Source: Octopus vulgaris (lineage: Eukaryota). From it: a DNA stretch of 64,000 nucleotides. The stretch spans positions 57,164,001-57,228,000 of the forward strand of contig OX597829.1 in the NCBI GenBank assembly GCA_951406725.2, in the 5' to 3' direction. This document shows positions 14,200 through 27,322 of this stretch, in pieces (the stretch's first letter is position 1; each line of letters begins with the position of its first letter). The notes beneath the pieces were generated by a model that worked only from the letters and a program-made list of their open reading frames with translations, did not search any database and was not told the DNA's origin. The position numbers and the translations under genes were made by a program.

Positions 14200-14680
14200 T
14201 GTTTGTGCGCATGTGTATGGGTCAGTGTGTGTGCCTATGCATGCATGCATGCATGTACGTATGTATGTATGTATGTGTGTATGTATGCATGTGTATGTAT
14301 GTATATATGTGTGTGTGTGTGTGCATGTGTATGTATGTATCCTGTATATTCATGTGCTTGCATGTCTGTGTTTGTTTATTTTCTTTGTATGTGTGTGTGT
14401 GCATGTGTTTGTATATGTATGCACCTCTGTCTCCTTGGTGTGCATGTGTGTGTGTGTTATGCTACTATGTATGGATCCGTGTCTCTATATGTGTTCTTGT
14501 GTGTGTATATGGTCATGTGTTTCAGTCTCCATTTGCGTATCAAGTGCTTGTCTGTTCATATAACCTATGTACCTATCCGTCTGTATGTTGGTCTGTTTAT
14601 TTTCATATCCATATGCTTACATACAAAAAACAAAATGCATGTGCATACACACACACTCACACTCACACACTCATATACAT
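14200..14680 (+). repeat. Degenerate (TG)/(TATG) low-complexity tract
   Basis: Direct reading. Confidence 0.85.
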
Positions 14681-15155
14681 ACATCTATCTACATTAATCT
14701 ACAGAATTCTGTAGGGAACGACTCTAGCAGATTGCGAAGAAGCCATAAAGAATGTTTCATGCTGATTCTTTTTTATTTAGTCAAGTTTTGTTAATTTCAT
14801 ATTATGCCATTTTTCCATGATTCCTTTTCATTTGACCAAGATATTGATGTGTAAGAGTTTTTTTCAAATGTAATTCTGGAGAATTGAGGAGTCAAATTTA
14901 CCTTATCTTGTCTTACTCATTTTGGCTCATCTAAATTTGTCTTTTATAAGCTCAAAGAGAATGGAAGTAATTTTCTGAAATAGTGTTCTGAATATGTTAT
15001 AGTAGTTTTTAATGCATTTAGAGAAAGCTACTGATGTAGTTTTTGTTAGATAGTGAACTTTTATAAAAATATTTTTAACTCAAAGTGAAAAAAAATGCTA
15101 CTCATTGTGCCCCACCACCCCTTACTGAAAACAGGAAAAACAGACTTTTGGAATA

Positions 15156-16495
15156 TTATTTATTATTATGGCAACAAAGTCTACCTGCTACACTTCTCGG
15201 TCTGTTATCATCAGTGATCAGATCGTCACAGCCCTCTCTGTGTGATCTTCTCGTTAACTTTCAGCAGATCTCTGTAAAGGTAATTCATTTGTCATATATT
15301 GCTGCCATTTCACATTTACAGCCATTTGTAGCATCCTTGTGTAGCATCAATTTAGCCCATTTGATCATTTCTTTGTCAGTGTCCATATTTCATTGCCATT
15401 TAACAGCACTGATTCAACAGTTGCAATGAACAGCTTCATTTTGATTTGCCTGGCCAATTTGGTATTGCAGACTTTCTTTAGTTTGTGACAGGCTATCCAT
15501 GTTTGTGCCTTCCTGAGCTTGATGTCTGCTTCCAAGATGCTCACTCAACCATCTAAATACTTGAAGTCTTCAGCAACATTGAATTTGGAACCACTCAGAA
15601 CAAACAGTTCAGTATCACTTGATTGGTTGAAAGACATGTATTCTGTTTTCTTGGCGTTTGTGTGCAGTTCTATCTTTGACAGTTGATGCTTCTACTCTGC
15701 TGAGCAGCTGTTGAGCTTGATCTATTAGCTATGAGTGATCTATTAGATAAGAGTGCTGTATCATCTGTGAAGTCCAGGTCTGTGATGGTTACTGCTGGCA
15801 CTCTCCATGATCATTGCTGGTCTATGATGAAACCAAGGTCTCCGTCTCTGTTGTCTATTGGATTAGGCATTGCATAATCCAATACAAGAACAGATATGGT
15901 GCAAGTGTATCTCCTTGTAGCAGCCTAGCTAGTATTTGAAAAATCCAGCGTACGAAAATTTGACTGAAAGAGGGAAAAGCTGCTGGCCCTGATGAAATCC
16001 CTCCTGAAGTTATCAACAGGTACAATCTGGATGAAATAATACTGGATTTTGCCAATAAGCTCTTGCAGAACCAAAAAAGTGCAGATCAGTGGTCTGAGAT
16101 TAACTTGATACCAATCCCAAAGTCAGGAAACCTCAACAATGAAACTAACTACAGAAGAATTGCATTGTCCAATATCTCATTCAAAGAGATCAACCAAATG
16201 ACTTTCAACAGGATTGAACTGGTGCTTGATAGCCATCTGGGACCAAATCAAAATGGATTTAGACCAAGGAGATCCACAACATCTTTCTTAGCCCTGAGTC
16301 ATATCACAGCAGTTAAATCAAGGTTGCCATTATAACCTTCATGAACTTCAGCAACGGGTTCAACAGCACCCATTATTACAAAATATTGAAGTTCCTTCGA
16401 GTATATGGCATTCCAGAAGAACTAGTTCTTGCTATTGCAAAGACCTATGAGACGACCAGAACTTGTATGTTGTCATCTGTTGGAGAAACGGAATT
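15156..16495 (-). mobile_element. 5'-truncated, 5'-inverted RTE/RTE-X LINE with 11-bp TSD
   Basis: Minus 15180-15945 encodes ILARLLQGDTLAPYLF and DLDFTDDTAL. Plus 15960-16500 encodes GKAAGPDEIP, IPIPKSG..NYRRIAL..NQNGFRP..GETEFF. (TAA)n tail at 15156-15169. TSD CTTTTGGAATA at 15145-15155 and 16496-16506. Confidence 0.85.
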
Positions 16496-16979
16496 CTTTT
16501 GGAATAGCCGTCCCATAGATGTTGGAATTTCACAAATTTTGTCAGGATTTTCCCTTTTTTTCATGCATTGCAAAACACCGAAGAGAAGCCTTTTTAAAAC
16601 AAAAGTTTTAAAAATCCATTCCTTTTCAATGTTTATCTCTCCCCTCACACAAACACACTCATCATACCTTTGGAGGAACAACCTCTAAAATTATATATTT
16701 TTCTTTTTCGTAATTTTCTGCCATTTTATCATATTCTGCATTCTGAAATATTTATAACTGGTGTCAAAGAAAAAGTCTTACAACCTCTTCACTCTTCCAT
16801 TGTATTTTTCAAAATAAAGGAAAAGTCAAACACTGCAAGGGAATGTGTGAGAAAACAATTCGAATTTTGAAAGGTGCATCTATAAAGCGACGTTTTCAGT
16901 TGTTTATTTAAACTTTCTCTGCTACCTCGCCAAATACAATTACATGCAATAGACGGGTTTTCTCACTGCATAACATAGA

Positions 16980-17219
16980 AGGGGCCCAGCTGACAAAAGC
17001 CTTGTGACTAGGTGTAAATTAAAAGAAGCCTGTCGTGCATGTGTGTGTGTTGGTTTGTTTACGTTCCCATCACTTGGCATTTCGGGAAAACGACTGATAG
17101 AATAAATTCCGGGTTAAAAAAAAACTACTGAGGTTGATTTATTCGACCAAAACCTCCGATGCAATGCTCCAGCATGGCCGCAGTCCAGTGAAAGAAACAA
17201 GTAAACGGTATAAGATAAA
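16980..17219 (+). mobile_element. CORE-type SINE 3' portion
   Basis: GCTCCAGCATGGCCGCAGTC...GAAACAAGTAAA tail is shared with the copies at 34010-34210, 38630-38860 and 59935-60320. Confidence 0.7.
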
Positions 17220-17451
17220 GGCACCGATCTGGCAGAATCGTTAGCACGCCGGGCGAAAATGCTTAGCCGTATTTCATCTGCCGCTACGTTCTGAGTTCAA
17301 ATTCCGCCGAGGTCGACTTTGCCTTTCATCTTTTTGGGGTCGATTAAATTAGTACCAGTTACGCACTGGGATCGATATAATCGACTTATTCCGTTTGTCT
17401 GTCCTTGTTTGTCCTCTCTGTGTTTAGCCCCTTGTGGGTAGTAAAGAAATA
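17220..17451 (+). mobile_element. tRNA-derived SINE with Nin/Deu-like core, monomer, 13-bp TSD
   Basis: A-box TGGCAGAATCG, B-box GAGTTCAAATTCC and core GTCGACTTTGCCTTTCATC...GGGGTCGAT...AGTACC. TSD GGTATAAGATAAA at 17207-17219 and 17452-17464. Confidence 0.85.
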
Positions 17452-17866
17452 GGTATAAGATAAAAGATCCAATACCTTTACTTTCTACATGTTTCAGTCA
17501 TTGGATTGCGAGCTCGAAGCGTTAACGAAATTAAGGTGGCAACCTCACACAATAATTTTAATTGAGACTAAATCTACAGAGACAGGACAATGGTTTCGTA
17601 AGTGTTGAATGGATTTTAAGGTCGTGCTCTACGTTTAGTCTTATAAACGGAAAATGCGGGATTCAGAATAGATATAGTTAGTATAAGATTTAATTTTTTA
17701 ACATATTATGGAATGGTGGGTATAAGACCTTTCAGTGTTGACTGAGTTGAATGTGGTTCTGTCCCTAAAACTACTTTTATATATACGAATTAAACATCGA
17801 GAGATGTTCATTTTAGTACATCTAATTTGAATGTCTTTTTCCTGTGTACTTTGAAGGAATATTCCC

Positions 17867-17867
<1 letters not shown>

Positions 17868-17944
<77 letters not shown>

Positions 17945-17965
17945 TGATGATGATGATGGTTGTGG

Positions 17966-17996
<31 letters not shown>

Positions 17997-18020
17997 CATC
18001 ATCATCATCATCATCATCAC
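17868..18020. repeat. (AAT)n-(GAT)n-(CAT)n compound microsatellite
   Basis: Direct reading. Confidence 0.95.
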
Positions 18021-18021
18021 T

Positions 18022-18531
18022 CTAACCCTAAATCTAAAATAGATTGAAATGCAATAGATCGATACTAGGGTTATAATTATGGGTGACAATTTCATACGAC
18101 ACCGCTACGGAAAATGGGATTTTTTTTCTGGCGGTGTCAAATGAAAATGTTACCCATAATTATGGCCCTAGTATTGATCTATTGCATTTCAATCTATTTT
18201 AGATTTAGGGTTAGGGTTAGGGTTAGGGATAGGGGTTGGGGAAGGGTATCTTTTTTTCTTCACAAATGTAAATAAACCCAATCTGTTTCTTAAAGGAGGG
18301 ACATATTCATTAGGTACAGAATGTTATTTACCTAAATGGACGTCAGCGATTGGTTAAAATTGCCGAAATGCTCGAAATTAAAGACGAAATATCTTACAAC
18401 CTATAGAATTTTCTCAATAAAGCCAAGAGAAAATGATGTTTTATAAACACATTCTACCAGTATACGAAGTTTAAAATTTTTTAGTTACATAGAAATTATG
18501 TTACAAAGTGCCGTTCAAAAGGAAAAGATCC
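18022..18531. mobile_element. Palindromic MITE-like element containing (TTAGGG)4, left arm truncated
   Basis: Arms 18022-18105 and 18131-18214 are near-perfect reverse complements; TTAGGG x4 at 18205-18228. The right boundary is inferred. Confidence 0.6.
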
Positions 18532-18913
18532 AAAACTTGTCTTCGTATTGTTTTGTCCTGGAGGGGGACATCTACTTGACTAAAACCTTCGATGTGGTGC
18601 CCCAGAATGACCGCAGTCCAGTGAATGAAACAAGTAACACATTTCTCTAGGAAATATTCAAATGTTACTTATCGATCCCGAAAGGATAAAAGGCAAAGAC
18701 GACCTCGGCGGAATTTTAACATAAAGATGGACGAAATACCGAATTCTTGTCATAAAGTCTGCACTAGTCAAATCCTTACACTTGCCAACTACGCTTCATA
18801 TTGTTCATATAAGGTTGGAAAAGTCTAGAAACATTGACGAGATGGCTTGGTTGAACCTCGGCATGAACAACACGTCATTATGTCTATACCAGATTGAATT
18901 CTTATTGTTTTTT

Positions 18914-19129
18914 TAAGGACAGTGACCTAGCAGAATAGTTAGCATACCGGACAAAATGCCCAGCAGCGTCTTTTCCGGCTTTACATTCTGAGTTAAAATT
19001 ACACCAAGGTCTACTTTGACTTTCGTCCTTTCGGATTCAATTAAATAAGTACCAGTGATACACTGGGGTCGCTGTAATCTACTTATCTTCTTCCTTCGAA
19101 ATTGCTGGCCTTGTGTCAAAATTTGAAAC
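18914..19129 (+). mobile_element. Older Nin/Deu-like SINE copy
   Basis: Aligns by eye to 17220-17451 and 26728-27128. Confidence 0.8.
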
Positions 19130-19340
19130 GTGTGTGTAAGCAAAAGCTGGGTATTGTAATCATTCGTCTTTGTGTGTTTGTAAAATTACTGGAAAACGAC
19201 AGAAAAACTCATTATCTTTAAAAAAAATTTCCCGATAAGCAAATGGTCCTATTCTTTGTTCACTTGCTTTTTCATATGAATCGACCCTCATCTGCGTGTA
19301 TATAGATCATGGTGTACCTATGCATGTAGACACGAGTGGG

Positions 19341-19400
19341 TACATACATACATACATACATACATACATACATACATACATACATACATACATACATACA

Positions 19401-19433
<33 letters not shown>

Positions 19434-19448
19434 GCTACTCAGTGTATA

Positions 19449-19479
<31 letters not shown>

Positions 19480-19497
19480 ATGTGTGTGTGTGTGTGT
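19341..19497 (+). repeat. (TACA)n plus (TG)n
   Basis: Direct reading. Confidence 0.95.
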
Positions 19498-19739
19498 ACA
19501 CTGATGTATTTGAGGGTTTCGTTTATTTACGAGTTGATTTCTTAATTTCACCGGAGTATAAATATCTAAAATGGAGATGCTTAAAAGAAAGATTAACTCA
19601 GTTCAATTAAAAAGCATAACTAAGCAACGCATTGTGAGCCACACCGTAATTTGCGAAAAAGATTATCTGTGCGCAGAGTATGCATCATCATCATCATCAT
19701 CATCATCATCAGGATTGGTGCGAAACAAAACCAAGACGT

Positions 19740-20180
19740 GAACCTATTCTCAATTCGTGATGGCGAGCTGATTTATGCACAGAGAGTAGTGATACTTGAA
19801 ACTCTAGGAAAGAAAATATCGAGAGAATTTCATTTTGGACATCCTGACATTTCGAGGATGAAAGTTTTAATGCACAGCTACGAATATTGGCCAAAAATGG
19901 ATAGAGAAATCGAAAATTTGGTGAAAGGCTGCAGCAAAATTACCAACGATAAAAAGTGAACCTTGGCCAAAAGTAAACATTCCGTAGTTGAGACAACAAA
20001 TCGATTTCGCTGGTCCTTTAAATGGTTCATACTAATTAGTGGTAGTTGATAATTTATCTAAAAGGCCAGAAATTTGTAACCAGCCTCCTCAACTGAGATA
20101 AAACATTTTTCATGAGCTGTTTCCGAGATATAGCATCCCAGGCACTGACAATTGCACTATAGTGTCTGACAACTCTTACC
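19740..20180 (+). mobile_element. Gypsy-type integrase fragment (pseudogene)
   Basis: RVVI..EFHFGHPDISRMKVLMHSYEYWPKMDREIENLVKGC (HHCC zinc domain), then PWPK..IDFAGPLNG..LVVVD with stops. Confidence 0.85.
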
Positions 20181-20189
20181 AGTGACCTG

Positions 20190-20748
20190 ACAACGAAAAA
20201 ATGCGATTTGTTTTTTTTACAGTAAATGCTTCTATTTTCACTATTTTTAAAGATATTTTAATCATTTAGAAAAATTTTTGCTGAATGTGACTTCAAAAAT
20301 GTAAGTTGTTTGTACAGTAAGTATTTATATTTTAGCCTTCTTTAAACAGATAATACTTTAATGTCTTTTAAAATTATTTTCAAGTGAATACCATTACAAG
20401 AAATTTTTTTGGCATAAATATTTCGTAAAAGACCCATTCGTAACCTCAGGATAGAACCATTTTTTTCCATAGGTTTTTTTTCGAGTGCATTCAACGAATC
20501 TCACTTTCAAAGACTTGGCTGCTATCTCTAGCACACCCTGCTACCACGTAACTGCTATTTGCGATAAAGGACCGAAATACCTGTTACATGGTAGCAGGTC
20601 GTGCAAGAAATAGTAGCCAAATCTTTCCTTTTGGGAAGAAAGGAGCCGCTTATGTGTGATTTCGATGTCACAATCGTTGAAAGCATGCAAAATAACTTAG
20701 AAAAGAAAACCCCATGAAACAAGACTCTGTTGCTGAGAAACTCATATA

Positions 20749-20784
<36 letters not shown>

Positions 20785-22077
20785 TGTATGTATGTATGTA
20801 TGTATGTATGTATGTATGTATGTATGTATGTATGTATGTATGTATGTATGTATGTATGTATGTATGTATGTATATATATATATCACAGCAGTATCGGCTT
20901 CTAACTTAGCTTCTCTTTGTTCATTCTTTAAAACTAGCACTTGGTATTCTTGGTCATCAATACATTTACCATCAAAATGTAATAACCAGTTTTCTAAATG
21001 TAATGTTTTCTTCGTTTTCTTTTTTAGTTTAACAGTTTCTTTGATAGTCGATCTGTAAATGCCAGATTGGGAAGGAGTCTCAACATTGATTCCATCTTGA
21101 GATAATTGATGACAAACTGTTGCTGCTTTTTCAGTTGATAGCTTGGAAGATATTACTAACTTGGTTGTAGTTCCAGTTTTGCTATAGTTCCTCCTTGTTT
21201 CTGTGGATTCTTCATCTGATTTTTCGGACTCTTCATATTCACTTTCAATCTCATCTTCAGACGTTGACGATGACACTGGAATTGCTTTGGTCGAAGTTGG
21301 CATTAAGGACACCTTTCTTCTTTTGGATGGATGGATAGTTTTGGAACTGGCTGCCTTTCCAGTTCCTTACCCAACCTGTCCCATGCTTTCAATTTGAAGA
21401 TAATATAACCCTTTATCCTCATTGCACAGCCGTTCACTATTTTCCTTTGTGATGTCAAAAATTTCTTTCAATGAATCGTATTTTCCTTGTTTTACACATT
21501 TATCGCAGGTATTCAGCACTTTTTCTACTTTTGCTTGTACATTTTGAATTGATAAATATGGGAAATTAAATTTCTTTTGCCATACAAAAGTTACTTCTTT
21601 CGAAATTTCCTTTGTTCTTTCTTTCCTTCCTTTGATGGTACCTCCAAGGAACAGGTAGCGACCGACAATTTGAAGTTTCATAGGTATCCTGCAGTTGCTT
21701 TCCAAAGAATGCTCGTCTACAGGAACAAGGAGAGGAAGAGGATATTTCCTAAAGTAGGGTCTAAGTGGTAACAAACTAAAAACTCTATAATTCCTAAACT
21801 GCTTAAACTTGAAAGCTGAAATTTGAGATATACTGCTTCTGCATTGCATTAAGTCAGCACACCAAGTTTGGTAAAAACTTGAGTAGGCGTTATGAACCCC
21901 ACTAAAATTTTGCATAATTTGGGTCAAAAGTGGTATTAGATTTCTTCAGTTGGGAGTGTTGTTGTTTTAAAAAACACTTAAAATAAAGGTTATTTTCCCT
22001 ACTCATATGAAATTGCTGATCGACTTTTGATACAGGAAATTGTTTACTTTCAAAAAATCAAAAAGTCATAACCCTAA
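20190..22077 (-). mobile_element. Decayed DNA transposon, probably hATm-like, interrupted by (TATG)n at 20745-20883
   Basis: Frameshifted ORFs 21367-21927 and 20668-21312 with LLHFDGK (cf. VHWDGK). The minus-strand terminus begins TTAGGGTTATGAC at 22077; the other end was not found. Confidence 0.45.
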
Positions 22078-23435
22078 TTTCTTTTGCTTTCCGTCTATCA
22101 AGTTCACACTCAAGGCGTTGGTTGACATGGGACCATAGTAGAAGACATTTGCCTAAGATGTCGCATGGTTGTAAAGCAAGTTTCTTGACCACAGTCATGC
22201 TTGAAACTAATTGAGGAACTAAGTTCCTTATGTTCAATCTTTCAACTAATTTTTTTTTTTAGAATATTCACAAATATTTCACAATTCTTTATGGCAGACA
22301 TTTTAAGTAAGATACCCGAAATATCTTCATGTACACATTTCCAGTAAGAGATTCTTGATTTTATGATTTTATAACCTTCTCAATAATTATATCACTAGTC
22401 ATATTCTGGAAACAATTTTTGCCATTTCATACGTTACAACATTGGTCTTATTCAAATCTGCTTTAGCTTTTCTTTCTCTCTTTTTTTTTTTTTGCCGCTT
22501 AAAATTAGTTTTCAGTTATTTTCTAATAATTAGCTGTTTCATTAGCTTTATTTGGATGATTACTTTTTAATGATGAAGAAATTATGAGAGTTTTTAACGC
22601 TTCATTCGGAAACCTACTTTTATATAAAGGACGCATGTTTATTTTTGTTTTCTTGATAGAGCGTTCTTTCAATAAGACCCTAATGTAGAGTATTCCCTGT
22701 GGTATTAACAATGTTTTTTTTTTAATTATGTCTTTGCCTTGCTTGGCATTAGTTAAGAATCTTATCCTTTCTCTAATTGCAACAAAAAGAAAAATGACAA
22801 CGATGAACTATTTATAAAATATTTGGAAAATAGAAAGTGATTAATTTAGATGTGTCATCGGAAAAAGTGTAATTGGTACACAAAACCCCCAACCTTAATT
22901 CCACAAGTTTGGTCTTTTTCTTTGAATCTCCAGTTAAAACTATGAAACTAGGATATAATAGGTCTAATAATTGCACTTAGGGTTTTGTTATGATGTTAAT
23001 TATACAAGATGACATTTTATCCCAATTTTGTGAATGATCGGAGTTGTTTTTTAATTAAAAGATTAATGACACTAATTTGGTAGCCTAAACAAAGCACCAA
23101 AAGAACTGTAAAAATAATAATCAGATTATCATTTTAGTAACAGAAACCTAATTTTTGGTAAAATAACCGCATTTTAGAGAAATAGGACAATCTTGCATTC
23201 CCCCGCCCCGCTTCTAACATTTGCAACATTTTCAAAGGAAAATTGAATTCCTTACTCTTTTACTTGTTTCACTCATTGGGTCGAGCTTGCTGTCACAAAG
23301 CGATCATTAAAAACTCGATTTTTATTCATATGAAGCATTAGTATTAATGGATTAAATCAAGTGGGGGAAACGATAACGAAATTATTGTCTTTGTATTCGA
23401 AACAAGAGGTAAATGCAGCAGTTAAGAAGATCTTG

Positions 23436-23560
23436 CTGCGTGGCCAAATGGTTAGAATGTTTGGTTTAGGATCGCAGGGTCGTGGATTTAATTCCTGTAT
23501 CGGGTAGCACTTTAGTGACATGAGGCTATATGACCGGCCCCAACCACTTGTGAATGTGAA
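23436..23560 (+). mobile_element. Degenerate tRNA-derived SINE head
   Basis: A-box TGGCCAAATGG and B-box-like GGATTTAATTCC at tRNA spacing. Confidence 0.55.
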
Positions 23561-24077
23561 GCAGATTATATCATGGAGCAGTGCCTTGTCTGCCTTGTAC
23601 TATCAAATCCCTGCAGCACAAAAGACTCCTTGAGAAGTTCTATAAAAATACAAAAAAAAAAAAAAACTGTAAGGAATTGGGAAACTGTCATATAACCATT
23701 ACAGTTCGAAGAACGCAGAGAAGAGTATGACCACTATAGTCAGTATTACTATCAACACTTTCGCTAACATCAACATTATCGTCGTTATCAACATTATCAT
23801 CATTATCTATGTCATTATCGTCACTTTGGCCACCACCACCACCACCACCGCTAAACTCTGACGTGTTAATAAGAACTGCTTACCAAATAAGGTAATTCCA
23901 GCAAGACAAAAACAAAGGCATTTTGTGACTTTGAGCGCAAGATCTGCGGTTCGAGCGGTGGGTGGGGTGGGGTGACTATATCGATTACATCGAGATCAGT
24001 ACTTGGTTGCTTCTTTATTTTACCGACACTTAAATTAATATATTTCTTGGCAAAGTCCTAATCATTGATAATGGACG

Positions 24078-24924
24078 TGTGAAGAATGGGAATCCGGTAT
24101 CTAGAGTGGTGGCCAGAAACTCAAAGCGCTCCACTGACTGACCGGAAAATTGTAGAAGTATGACGTTTTGGATATAGTTCTTCGCCGGAAACAAAGAAAA
24201 AAGTCTGGGAAAGAGGAGAAAGACAGGAGGAAGAGATATATATAAAAAAAAAGAAAAGAGAGAGGAGAGCCAAGTAAAAACGCATGTGGGTAATTCACAT
24301 GGTCGAACTCTGACTAACCGGAAGTGTGAGGAGTAATTGTGTTTTTTAGTGACAGGAAAGTGTCTGTTGAGTGTGTAGTGACGTTATACAACAGTGCGCG
24401 CGCGCAACGTCATTTTCAGTGTGCGGGTGCGGAACGTCCTTCTTCAGTGTGCGTGTGCGGGGTTGGAGCATTCTGGAAAGGCAGAAGGGAAGTGCCCTCT
24501 CGGACATGCGCGAAGACTGAAGAAGGAATTGCTGATGTGGCATTAGCTGATAGGCGAGGGACAGCGTTCCCTTAACAAGGACACAGAGAGACACGCATAG
24601 CAGCAGAAGCAGAACGCCTTCATACGAGATTGTGGCAGACCTATTTTCTCCGCTGTCTCTGGACGCTAAGATTTGACCTGCTCTGTTTTGCTGCTGAACT
24701 TGTAAGATTCTTACAAGGGTTAAAGTTCAGCCTTGCCACACCAGAACCAAGTGGATAACAATATACCACCTTACTTCTTTCTGTGAATAAGAAAATAAAG
24801 AATATATATATTTTTAAGGTTGCGTTCGTGTTCCTTGACTGGTAGATTCTGGAAATTAAAGAACGGAAATTGTGTTGCACCTGAGTTGCACCCCAAAAGT
24901 GTAAGAAGCAACGAGTTCCCGTTA

Positions 24925-24926
<2 letters not shown>
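24078..24926 (+). mobile_element. Probable solo LTR
   Basis: CpG-rich non-coding block with AATAAA near 24794, ending TTCCCGTTACA. The start TGTGAAGAATGGGAA is only partly complementary. Confidence 0.45.
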
Positions 24927-24970
<44 letters not shown>

Positions 24971-25343
24971 TTGAGAAATAAAGGAGGACGTGAATAATAA
25001 TGAGCTGGCGAGCGGGTAGAGACCCTAAAAGTCGACCCCGATACATTTTTGCAGACGGCAGCTTTTCCTGGTAAGCCTCAAGGACAATGTCCAGAAATCT
25101 TTGGTCAAGTATTGCTATCGAAGAACAACAGTAACAGTTGGTAACAAACTAGCTGTATTAGAAGATCAATATAAAACAGCAGAGCATGTCGTAAAACAGG
25201 GGTCGGCTGAGTAGTCAATACTGACACCTAGTGTCTATCTGGCTACCCAAGGGATCCAATAAACACCTGTAATGATTCTGAGCAATAAGGGTACAAAATT
25301 AACAGCGAATTGACTTTAGAAGACTGGGAAGAATGCGGTAATA

Positions 25344-25857
25344 TCTATATATATAAACGGCAGTTTGTCTGTCTGTGTGTCTGTCAGGTTGTACCCTCAC
25401 CCTGACCACGGCTTTCAACCGATTCTGATGAAACTTGACACACACATAGCCCAATGTCATAATTCAAAACTAACGCAGCGAAAATTTTGAAAAGTTCCCC
25501 CAGTTCTGAAAAAAAATCGATAAATTCGACATGGGTCGAGAATCTAAGCTTTTTATATGCAACACATTTTCTACAGACTGTCTAGGGGACACAACTCGAC
25601 CTTTTTAACTCTCGGAACATGTGGGGTAAGTATCCCAAAATGTATAAAAATGTACAAAAACAAAAAAGCGGGCTGCAATGTGAGTGACAACAACGAAAAA
25701 GTCAAAAGTGACCAAACTGAACAAACGAATGGAAAAGGTTTTTTGGTGCACACGACAAAAGCGCCTTCGTTCCCTAGAGGGAAAGGACTAGATTGGGATT
25801 AGTCGTTGCCTACTAGGGGCTCTTACATACCCGGGCAACGCCGGGCTATGCTGCTAG
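25344..25857 (+). mobile_element. Non-autonomous Helitron
   Basis: A|TCTATATATATAAA 5' end; 3' hairpin CCCGG-GCAACG-CCGGG then CTAG|T; no TSD. Confidence 0.9.
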
Positions 25858-25985
25858 TTTAAAGCTAAAAGTTTGTAATTTCCAGCCAAATATCGATGCA
25901 ATAACGAATATTCCATACTAAATATTCTGATTATATATATATATATATGATAATAATATTACAAATATAATATATATATATTATG

Positions 25986-27288
25986 CAGGATGTTCGGGAT
26001 AAACTTTACCGTGTGCATAAAAGGAAAAGAAAACACAAAATTCCATTATAAAAAATCAAAAAAATATGAACTAGATTATGGCTGGGAGATAATAGTTTAC
26101 TCAAAGTAGCCTCCACCCTCAGCTTCCCCCCTGGTCCCAGAACAGCTCCTGAACCTGGCAATTGCGTTCCTCATTGTCTACGGGAAGAGCTTCTAACACT
26201 TCCTTGATCCTGGCTTCTAGCTGGGCCTTGGTGTCTTTCTCAAACTCATCCCATGCATAGAATTACAAATGTGGGAATTAAGAAGCCAGAAATTGGGGCT
26301 GATGGAGACGTGGAAATTCTCTGACAGCCACTTCTGACTCTTTCTGGAAGGGAGCTGAACTTGCTGCCTTCTGACTCTTTCTGGAAGGGAGCTGAACTTG
26401 CTGCCGCACATGACCTTCCAACAAAAACCTCCTCCAGCCAGGGATTGACCACAGTCTCCAGCAGCTTCACATAGCTGCCCTATTTGAGCTTAAGGCCTCT
26501 TCAAAGATGAGGCGATGAGATCTGGCGTGCGGACTCAGCCAGAACGACTGCTGTGTCCCTTCATGTTAGCCACAGTTTCGTAGTTTCCGTTGCAGCTGTC
26601 CATGTCACATCTTACGGTCTTTATAATGTGTACAGAGCATCGAACAGCAATCATGATGTCAGCATTCTGATACCCTGCATAAATCATCATGATACAGGTA
26701 ACTGTTTTCCAATATTCAGATAGCTTCCTTAAGGCGGCGAGCTGGCAGAATTGTTAGCACGCCGGGCGAAATGCTTAGCGGTATTTCGTCTGCCGCTACG
26801 TTCTGAGTTCAAATTCCGCCGAGGTCGACTTTGCCTTTCATCTTTCGGGGTCGATTAAATAAGTACCAGTTACGCACTGGGGTCGATATAGTCGACTTAA
26901 TCCGTTTATCTGTCCTTGTTTGTCCTCTCTGTGTTTAACCCCTTGTGAGTAGTAAAGAAATAGGTATTTCGTCCGTCTTTATGTTCTGAGTTCAAATTCT
27001 GTCGAGGTCAACTTTGCCTTTCATCCTTCCGGGATCGATGAATTAAGTACCAGGTGCTTACTGCGGTCGATCTAATCGACTGGCTACCTTCCCAAAAATG
27101 TTTGGGCCTTGTGCCTAGAGTAGAAAAGAATATTCAGATGGCTTCTTGCCCTCCATGTCAGCAAACTTTTTCACAACTATAACTTTAATATTTATGCTCT
27201 CCAACACCATGGACAATTCACTAATATATCAAGCTGTTTCTAGAAAAGGAAGACATAAAAACTCATTAAATTTATCCAGAACATCCTG
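25986..27288 (-). mobile_element. Decayed Tc1/mariner-superfamily transposon, interrupted by a SINE
   Basis: 18-bp TIRs CAGGATGTTC(G/T)GGATAAA (17/18 identical) flanked by TG/TG. Minus-strand SQKWLSENF..SPNFWLLNSHICNSM (cf. WPPNSPDCNPLD). Confidence 0.85.
26728..27128 (+). mobile_element. Dimeric Nin/Deu-like tRNA SINE with 17-bp TSD
   Basis: B-box plus core present twice (~26780-26900 and ~26962-27080). TSD AATATTCAGAT(A/G)GCTTC at 26711-26727 and 27129-27145. Confidence 0.9.
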
Positions 27289-27322
27289 TGTGTTTGCATT
27301 TATATAATACATATCAGCAACT

